From an uncultured virus (IMG/VR IMGVR_UViG_3300042402_007133) (taxonomy: Duplodnaviria > Heunggongvirae > Uroviricota > Caudoviricetes): 64,000 nt of DNA. Positions 57,878-64,000 of the stretch are shown piece by piece. The notes below the pieces were generated by a model that saw only the letters and a list, made by a program, of their open reading frames with translations, did no database searches and was not told the DNA's origin. How positions within the stretch are numbered: the stretch's first letter is position 1; each line of letters begins with the position of its first letter. The stretch lies in the IMG/VR virus record IMGVR_UViG_3300042402_007133; one strand, written 5' to 3'. Made by a program: the position numbers and the translations under genes.

Positions 57878-58340
57878 GTTCTATTAGATTTTTTGCGTAT
57901 GGGTAAACTAAATACATTACATATATGATTATTGCCCTAAAAAATAGCCATGATAGGCTTATTTCATAGAATAATGGAGAGAACTTTATCAAATACGAAT
58001 ATGTATCTGGTATCTTCTTCACATCAGGCATGACAATTTCCCCAAGATTGTTTTTCTGAAGCCAATCAATTAAGGGTCTGATCTTATCCATGACTAGTGC
58101 GTATGTGACATCATCTGGAAGGGGTGCATCCTCATAACTATATGATTGAACGGTGTACATTCTTCCTATCCAATCATGTCTTAGTTTGAAGCTTTTCCAT
58201 TGTTCAGAGTCCCGGTTCTTCCTTATGAACTTCCATATGTAGAAGTAAAAGTATAGATCTTTTATTCCTGTTTTTAGGAGGATGTAGTTCAACATCTTTC
58301 GTATCCTTCTTATTTTATCACGAATTCTTCCATTCTTCAT
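57861..58340 (-). CDS. Hypothetical protein with a C-terminal hydrophobic segment
   Basis: 159 aa ORF in a coupled operon. Confidence 0.55.
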   Translation of the reverse strand: MKNGRIRDKIRRIRKMLNYILLKTGIKDLYFYFYIWKFIRKNRDSEQWKSFKLRHDWIGRMYTVQSYSYEDAPLPDDVTYALVMDKIRPLIDWLQKNNLGEIVMPDVKKIPDTYSYLIKFSPLFYEISLSWLFFRAIIIYVMYLVYPYAKNLIEHVLSR

Positions 58341-58983
58341 ATACCTTCTTTAGCCTTTTTTGAAGGATCTTTCTTCCTTTATGGATGTAAACCTTCAATG
58401 TGTTAAGGTTCAAATCATACTTATTTGCAAGATCAATGTATGACATTTCATTGACCTCACGATCCCACAATATCTCCTTATACTTTGGATTTAGGTTTTT
58501 GATCTCCTCGAGTATTACCTTTGTTAGGTTCTCAGAGTGGTCAAAGTCTATATTATCATAGTTTGGATTATGCACATAATCATCAATACATTCCTTTAGT
58601 ATCTTTGATAAGTGAAGGTCTCCAACATAATCTGAGTCAGACTGTGAATTTTTCCATCCATTCATCGTCATCATTGAAGTTTCTTTAAGCTTCTTAGACT
58701 TTGCAATCTTTTTTAACGCCTCATTCTTTGCTATGGTATAAGACCATGTTGAAAAGTTCCAGTAGCTGTTATACTGATGGATGTTCATGTATATCTTTAT
58801 CATGCTGTTTGATACGCAATCATCGATATCATCCTGGCTAAAATTAGGAGCCTTAAGATAGCCAGATACAAACCTCTTCAGTCTAGGAGAAAGAATGTGG
58901 TAAACCTCGGTAAAGCTTTCTTCTGTTTTAAGGTTGAAGAACACCTCTCCAAGCTCTTGCAGATTCTTACTTTTTCTTTTCAC
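58318..58983 (-). CDS. RNA polymerase sigma factor, sigma-70 ECF-like
   Basis: Region 2 DDCVSNSMIKIY...FSTWSYTIAKN and region 4 LNPKYKEIL...MSYIDLA...NTLKVYIHKGRKIL. Confidence 0.88.
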   Translation of the reverse strand: MKRKSKNLQELGEVFFNLKTEESFTEVYHILSPRLKRFVSGYLKAPNFSQDDIDDCVSNSMIKIYMNIHQYNSYWNFSTWSYTIAKNEALKKIAKSKKLKETSMMTMNGWKNSQSDSDYVGDLHLSKILKECIDDYVHNPNYDNIDFDHSENLTKVILEEIKNLNPKYKEILWDREVNEMSYIDLANKYDLNLNTLKVYIHKGRKILQKRLKKVYEEWKNS

Positions 58984-59455
58984 GATAGTCCCTTAGGATT
59001 GTTTCATAATTGTTTTTTAGCACTTCAAAGTCACCGTTGACAATGCCAACCTCATCCAAAATGGATAGGTGATCTGTCATCCTATATTCTTGCTTCCAAA
59101 ATACGTATCTAAAGCCAGAATTGATAATAAGTTTCATACAAATTTCGCATGGCGAATGTGTTAATAAAACCATGTAGTTCTCGGGGTCTGATTCATGAAA
59201 CTTTGCCACAAGGTTCATCTCCGCGTGAACAAAGCCAGAATGCCCAGATGTCAAAGACTCTTCTTCTCCTCCTGTTTCTGGATTTGTGCCGGCTCCTGTA
59301 TAGGATCCGTTGTATCCAAAGCTTCCTATCTTTGAAAAATCTACCTTAACTGCCATTGCCCCAACTTTTAAGGTCTGCGATACCGAAAGCTGGGAAATCT
59401 GCGAGACAAAGTCTGTGAAGACCTCTATCTTTTTTATCTTTCTTTGATTCTGCAT
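58967..59455 (-). CDS. cd: dCMP deaminase (cytidine/deoxycytidylate deaminase family)
   Basis: KVGA, GYNG, HAEMN and THSPCEIC zinc motifs. Confidence 0.88.
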   Translation of the reverse strand: MQNQRKIKKIEVFTDFVSQISQLSVSQTLKVGAMAVKVDFSKIGSFGYNGSYTGAGTNPETGGEEESLTSGHSGFVHAEMNLVAKFHESDPENYMVLLTHSPCEICMKLIINSGFRYVFWKQEYRMTDHLSILDEVGIVNGDFEVLKNNYETILRDYREKKK

Positions 59456-59502
59456 TCTTCAAACATAATAAAAAATGCCAACCATAAAAAACATTTATTA
59501 CA

Positions 59503-61167
59503 CTACCTTCCTGAATTTAGAAAGGGTGTTATTGACATGTTTTTTATGATTGCTGATGCAAGATTATCAATTGTTGATTGTGAAAGGCTGACCACAGAAG
59601 GAAATGGAGATTGCCCTCCCTGGAAACTTTGATTGGTCTGGCTTCCAATGTTTGCTGTGGTTGTTTCCCCTTGGTTGACGGTTGATGTGTTTGTAGAAGC
59701 AGCTGGAGGGGCTGTTGTAGCAACAGACACCTGTGATTTATTTGTTTTATCACCACCAATTATATTGGTTACCATACTTTTTATGGAATCTCCTATGTTT
59801 GTTGCCAAGGAATTCATTTCCATCTTTAGCGGTGCTGCTGTTTCAAGATCCATAACCTTTCTTTGAATGTCTGCAAGCATTGTGTTATCCAAGGAATTCT
59901 TTTCAGACTTTACTGAAACATCACTAAGCTTACTAGAAATGCTGTCTGATACAGTGGATGGAACAAGCCCAAGAAACGATGTTGATTCCTTTACAACATC
60001 ACTTACAGACGATTCAATGTTTACTGCTGCATTCTCAAGATTGGTTGCTGTTGAATTTATTGTACCCTGCAGAAGCTTTATGGCATCAGACATGGATGAT
60101 ATGATCGATCCTGTCTGGTTTACCTTATTGTTTACAATATCGGTTGTATCATTTCCAATCAAAGAGGACGCATAGTCAGAATTCTGAGATGAGAATATGG
60201 TGGAAACCGCATTGGACAGTTCTGTTGGAACTATTGTTTTGAGGGTGGAACCGATAACTCCAGGCACTCTTTCAGTCAAGAGCCGCTCAATTGATTGTGC
60301 ATCCTTCAGAATCTGGCTCTCTGAAAGAATCCCACCGGAAACTGGAGCAATCGAAACCGGAGCAGCCTTTTCTGTTTTTTCTTTTGTTGATGCCAACGAT
60401 CTTTCAGTAGATGATTTCTCGTACTGGAGAATCTTTTTATCAAACACACTGCTTGATATAGATTCAATGATTGATCGCTCATTTGATCTTTCCTTTGAGC
60501 TGGACGTCGTTGTCTTCTCAGATGGCGTTACTATTACAGGTTGAACTGTTGGGGCATTCTGTACAGGAGCTTGTTGCTGTGTAGTAGTCTTTTCTTCTAC
60601 TGGTTGTTCTTCTGATTCTATTGCTTTATTGGCAAGCTCTACTTCAGAAGCAGATGTGATTGGAGTTACTTCAACCTTTTGTGAACGGTCTATCTCGGCC
60701 TTTAGCCTATCGATCTCTTTTTGATCTCCTTTATCAACCGCCCTGTTATATTTGGTTATTAGGTCTTGCTCTTTTGCATATTTGCTCTTTGCCTTCTCAA
60801 GATCCTTTTCAAAATCTCCAAGTTTGTAATTATAGTCTAGTGTGAAGTAGATGACATCACGAACAGGTTCTTTCTTTGTCTTGAAGATCTCATATTTTAT
60901 CGTTCTGTTATCTATGGAATTCTTAAATGCACCATCAATCTTCTTTGCATAGTCTTCCAGCGTTGGGTATTCTAACGTGTCTATTGTTACATCATAGGAA
61001 AGCTCAGCATTTCCAAACGCCCTCTTTTTGAAAGAAGATGCAGGAGCAGGGCCCATTGCAGAAAATAGGCTTTCAACAAACTCATCATAGTTAGGGCCAT
61101 CGGTCCACATTGGACCTATCATGTCCTTACCATCTATGTACAATTGGAATTGTTGTAATGCAGCCAT
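59503..61167 (-). CDS. Putative tape-measure/baseplate-hub-like protein
   Basis: 554 aa, low-complexity Ser/Thr/Ala helical protein. Lies after sheath, tube and chaperone-like genes. The call rests mainly on synteny. Confidence 0.4.
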   Translation of the reverse strand: MAALQQFQLYIDGKDMIGPMWTDGPNYDEFVESLFSAMGPAPASSFKKRAFGNAELSYDVTIDTLEYPTLEDYAKKIDGAFKNSIDNRTIKYEIFKTKKEPVRDVIYFTLDYNYKLGDFEKDLEKAKSKYAKEQDLITKYNRAVDKGDQKEIDRLKAEIDRSQKVEVTPITSASEVELANKAIESEEQPVEEKTTTQQQAPVQNAPTVQPVIVTPSEKTTTSSSKERSNERSIIESISSSVFDKKILQYEKSSTERSLASTKEKTEKAAPVSIAPVSGGILSESQILKDAQSIERLLTERVPGVIGSTLKTIVPTELSNAVSTIFSSQNSDYASSLIGNDTTDIVNNKVNQTGSIISSMSDAIKLLQGTINSTATNLENAAVNIESSVSDVVKESTSFLGLVPSTVSDSISSKLSDVSVKSEKNSLDNTMLADIQRKVMDLETAAPLKMEMNSLATNIGDSIKSMVTNIIGGDKTNKSQVSVATTAPPAASTNTSTVNQGETTTANIGSQTNQSFQGGQSPFPSVVSLSQSTIDNLASAIIKNMSITPFLNSGR

Positions 61168-61170
61168 GTA

Positions 61171-61314
61171 TTATATGAGTTTTTGCTTTCCTTCCTTCAT
61201 TTCTTCTATCTTGTCCAAGAGCTCAACATAGTTATCTATCAACATCTGATATTCATAGTATGGATACGATTCTATCTCTGAATCTGTCCTGTTTAGCTTG
61301 TAGTAGAGTATCAT
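61171..61314 (-). CDS. Small gp51-like baseplate hub assembly / tail chaperone partner; true start uncertain (frame open to 61443)
   Basis: (IDLRDFFKTK)MILYYKLNRTDSEIESYPYYEYQMLID resembles the small ORF that follows gp26 in T4-like phages. Confidence 0.55.
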   Translation of the reverse strand: MILYYKLNRTDSEIESYPYYEYQMLIDNYVELLDKIEEMKEGKQKLI

Positions 61315-61333
61315 CTTTGTCTTGAAAAAGTCT

Positions 61334-62260
61334 CTAAGATCTATTTGAAAACTCTGGAACAAACAGTTCTTTAAGTCCTCCGTGAAATCGAAGTGGCGTA
61401 GCGACCCCGGCGCCACAGTCTGAACACTTGTAGTAAACATCAATTGAGTAAGAAGAGTTAATCTTGTTGATGAATGATTTAACCATGGAGTATTTATCAG
61501 GACTCCAATCTTCTATCTCTTTATCAAATTTATCAAAATCTTTATGTGATAGATTCACACCAGGAGGGGTAAGAAAACACAGCATGAATTTGTCCTGTTG
61601 CTCTATTGAAAGGCCCTTCTCAATGATCTCTCTCCTTGATATTTCAAGATTGTGCATGCTTGGGAGATACATTTTTACTGTCTCATTCTGCATCTTAACC
61701 TCTATTGATCTTGATTCCTCTGAATACATCGAAAGATATTCATCAAGCGCGCCTTCTCTTATTGCACCAAGGCGTTCTGCCTTTACGTCAACCATTTCAA
61801 CATAATTACAATGATTGCATGTTGATTCTAGCTTTATTATCGATGGAAACTCAGTAAATGTTATGTTCCTTACAAGAAACAGTAGATAAAGACGGTCTAT
61901 TTCTAAGAGCGATGATGATGTAAATCCAGGAATGGAGGTCTGAACATCTACTGAAGAATTGATGACAAAGTTAAGTTTTGAACTTATGTCTATCTCATCA
62001 GTCTCATCTATCGTGGAGAAATGCCGTATGTGTTTAACCTTCAAAGGCGATATTGCAATTACTAAGTCCCTTGGATAGAATATGCCCTTTGAAGGCAGGA
62101 TCGCAGGGGAGACTGACTTGTTTCCTGGAACCTCTCTTACGTCTTGTCTTTGTGTTAGGATCTTTTCTAGTGCAGCCTTTGCATTGGTCTCAAGCTCTTC
62201 ATCAGACTCTATGAATTTCTTTAGGTAGTCCTCATTCTCCTGATCAAATATGCTATTCAT
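61334..62260 (-). CDS. gp26: Baseplate hub assembly protein / tail chaperone (T4 gp26-like)
   Basis: ILPSKGIFYP, LLEIDRLYLLFLVRNITF and two CxxC motifs (TCNHC, KCSDC). Confidence 0.75.
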   Translation of the reverse strand: MNSIFDQENEDYLKKFIESDEELETNAKAALEKILTQRQDVREVPGNKSVSPAILPSKGIFYPRDLVIAISPLKVKHIRHFSTIDETDEIDISSKLNFVINSSVDVQTSIPGFTSSSLLEIDRLYLLFLVRNITFTEFPSIIKLESTCNHCNYVEMVDVKAERLGAIREGALDEYLSMYSEESRSIEVKMQNETVKMYLPSMHNLEISRREIIEKGLSIEQQDKFMLCFLTPPGVNLSHKDFDKFDKEIEDWSPDKYSMVKSFINKINSSYSIDVYYKCSDCGAGVATPLRFHGGLKELFVPEFSNRS

Positions 62261-62288
62261 GTCATTTCCTTAATGGTAGTAGGATGTT

Positions 62289-62297
62289 CTATATATC
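62289..62297 (-). promoter_or_regulatory. Putative late promoter motif GATATATAG
   Basis: 10 nt downstream of the tail-tube terminator and upstream of the gp26-like gene. Confidence 0.65.
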
Positions 62298-62306
62298 CAT
62301 TCATAG

Positions 62307-62333
62307 AAAAAGAGGGCCGATAGGCCCTCTTTT
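62307..62333 (-). terminator. Intrinsic terminator after the tail tube gene
   Basis: aaaagagggcc-gata-ggccctctttt inverted repeat with a T run on the minus strand. Confidence 0.85.
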
Positions 62334-62354
62334 GATCGTATTGTGCTTGTTTTC

Positions 62355-62960
62355 TTATCGGGTGATATTGTCCCAGTAGTCTGCCCTAAATGTAAATCCA
62401 GAGATCCTGGAGATCTCAGTTCCCGTATCATAGCTAAGAGCATCGAATGGGGTTGTAAGAGGAGTTGTTGGGAATATCTGCCTGAATGTTATCTGCTTGA
62501 TGATTACACCCTTCTTGTTGTAAACAAGGACTGTCATGAGCGTAGGATCATCAGATGTTCCTGCATACTCAGACTTTAATCCAAGCTCACCAGTAAGAGG
62601 ATTGTAGACCAAATCTGTCCATGCCTTTAGTGCCTTATAGACATAAGCGCTGTTTGCATTGTCCAAGTTCAGTTCAAAATCAATTGTTATATCAGCAAAT
62701 GTTGAATCTGGAAGAGCACCAGCATAAGAACGTGTGACGCCCTTATACTTTTGTGCTACTACTGCTGGTATTTTTTCAATACCACCCAGACCGCCAACGC
62801 TGATTACGTTGTCGAGAATCAGCTGGGAGTTTTCCCAGGGTGTTCCCGTCCTTATTGCCGCAGGAGGAGTGATTCGAACCTCAAACAAATTCTTGTATAC
62901 CGGTTCAAATGACTGCATTGAAGCCTGGGACAATCTAAAATGTGGAAGACCTGATGCCAT
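62355..62960 (-). CDS. gp19: Tail tube protein (gp19-like)
   Basis: FEPVYKNLFEV, YKGVTRSYAG, WTDLVYNPLTG, IFPT and FRADYW. Directly downstream of the sheath gene. Confidence 0.8.
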   Translation of the reverse strand: MASGLPHFRLSQASMQSFEPVYKNLFEVRITPPAAIRTGTPWENSQLILDNVISVGGLGGIEKIPAVVAQKYKGVTRSYAGALPDSTFADITIDFELNLDNANSAYVYKALKAWTDLVYNPLTGELGLKSEYAGTSDDPTLMTVLVYNKKGVIIKQITFRQIFPTTPLTTPFDALSYDTGTEISRISGFTFRADYWDNITR

Positions 62961-62991
62961 ATGTTTATGCTTATTTTTTTATCTTCTTAAA

Positions 62992-64000
62992 TTAGACTAT
63001 TGTGAAACCGCCAGTTGATATTCCACCAGTCTTGAACACTGTGATTCTGTTGATGATCTTCTGAAGGCCTCTTGCTGGCTCTATTTGAACATCTATGATT
63101 CCAATGTTTTGATCGATGATCGCGGCAGTGTTATTTGTTTCATCCATGATTACGCGGTAATCATAAATTCCACCAGCTGTCCTTACTCCTTCGAGGAAGC
63201 TTGATACCTTGTTCTTTATCTCAAGTCTCGTTGCTTCATCATTGAATTCAAAGAGGAAGTTAGTCAGAGTTGCTTCAATGTTCTGCTCAACCGTGATAAG
63301 AAGATCTCTAACATGCAGGTTGTTGAATGCTGATATTGTCTTCTGGAACGTTGTCTGATTTGCAAAGATCATTGTTCCAACGCCTCTCTTTGTTATGATA
63401 GGATTGAAACCAACTGGCTCCAGGTTTTCTCTATCTGACAAGAAGAGATCTGCTTCAACACCAACAAGATTAGGATTGCTTATCACACCACGCCTTGTTC
63501 CTGCAACTATTGCATAAGGATATCCTGAGATAAACTTCTGAATAAAGTTGTTAGAAACATCTGATGCTGGTGGAACAAGTATGTTCTTGTTGTTTTCCCT
63601 GATCACAAGATATGGGAAGAACACTCCACAGTACTTAGCACCATTTCCTTCATTTGGTAGGGAGAATGTGAACGTTGGTCCAAGGGAAAGATTTCCACCC
63701 TGTGCAATGTATGCTGTGTTTAGAACAGGTCTTGGAACTCCAGCTGCAGGATCAGGAACATCCGTGAACCTAGGATCCGTTGATTCGTAGAACTCCTTCA
63801 TTGAAGGTGGATTCAAGAATGCAAGGCACTTTCCTCTTGACATTGCAAGTCTAGAAAGGATGTTCTTTGCACCCATCTGTGGAGCAAGACCACCATCAAA
63901 TGTATCAACTATGTACCTAAAGTCGATTATGTCTGTGTCTGCAAGAGACTCATACAGGTTTGTATCTTCAAGAACTCCAAGGATCTTCTCAAGCTGAGAT
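62992..64000 (-). CDS. gp18: Tail sheath protein (gp18-like), 5'-partial
   Basis: VPPAS, AGTRRG, GFNPII, SAFNNLHVRDLL, FLFEFND and YRVIMDETNNT..IIDQN. The frame is open from 63876 to the window end. Confidence 0.93.
   Translation of the reverse strand, partial: SQLEKILGVLEDTNLYESLADTDIIDFRYIVDTFDGGLAPQMGAKNILSRLAMSRGKCLAFLNPPSMKEFYESTDPRFTDVPDPAAGVPRPVLNTAYIAQGGNLSLGPTFTFSLPNEGNGAKYCGVFFPYLVIRENNKNILVPPASDVSNNFIQKFISGYPYAIVAGTRRGVISNPNLVGVEADLFLSDRENLEPVGFNPIITKRGVGTMIFANQTTFQKTISAFNNLHVRDLLITVEQNIEATLTNFLFEFNDEATRLEIKNKVSSFLEGVRTAGGIYDYRVIMDETNNTAAIIDQNIGIIDVQIEPARGLQKIINRITVFKTGGISTGGFTIV

Noticed and set aside
1..64000. Stop-codon reassignment (alternative genetic code), as seen in some large phages
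   Set aside because: Genes are long and tile the window in the standard code, and TAA, TGA and TAG all end genes at sensible operon junctions.

Overview
A 64-kb, gene-dense segment of a large T4-like (myovirus/jumbo-type) dsDNA bacteriophage, read almost entirely on the minus strand in the standard genetic code. It holds most of the virion morphogenesis region: tail sheath (partial), tail tube, gp26-like hub/chaperone, a possible tape measure, an array of paralogous fibre/collagen-like proteins, a prohead protease-scaffold fusion, the major capsid protein, neck gp13, and baseplate gp25/gp53/hub/gp5/gp6 with large wedge and beta-propeller proteins. Non-structural genes are interleaved. The most interesting group is a compact candidate cytosine-modification cassette: MBD4-like glycosylase, DUF6378, an SGNH-fold enzyme, a T4 gp42-type dCMP hydroxymethylase and a DUF707 glycosyltransferase-like gene. 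Also present are a ribosomal protein S1-like gene coupled to an amidoligase, three further glycosyltransferases, a GH24 lysozyme, a guanylate-kinase-like enzyme, dCMP deaminase, an ECF-type sigma factor, a RuvC-like nuclease, a PD-(D/E)xK nuclease and an AAA ATPase. A recurring (G/A)ATATATA(G/C) motif sits just upstream of at least ten genes and is a candidate late promoter. Most starts examined lack a Shine-Dalgarno sequence and have A-rich leaders, which suggests a Bacteroidota-like host (inference). All calls come from reading motifs by eye, and no database searches were run.
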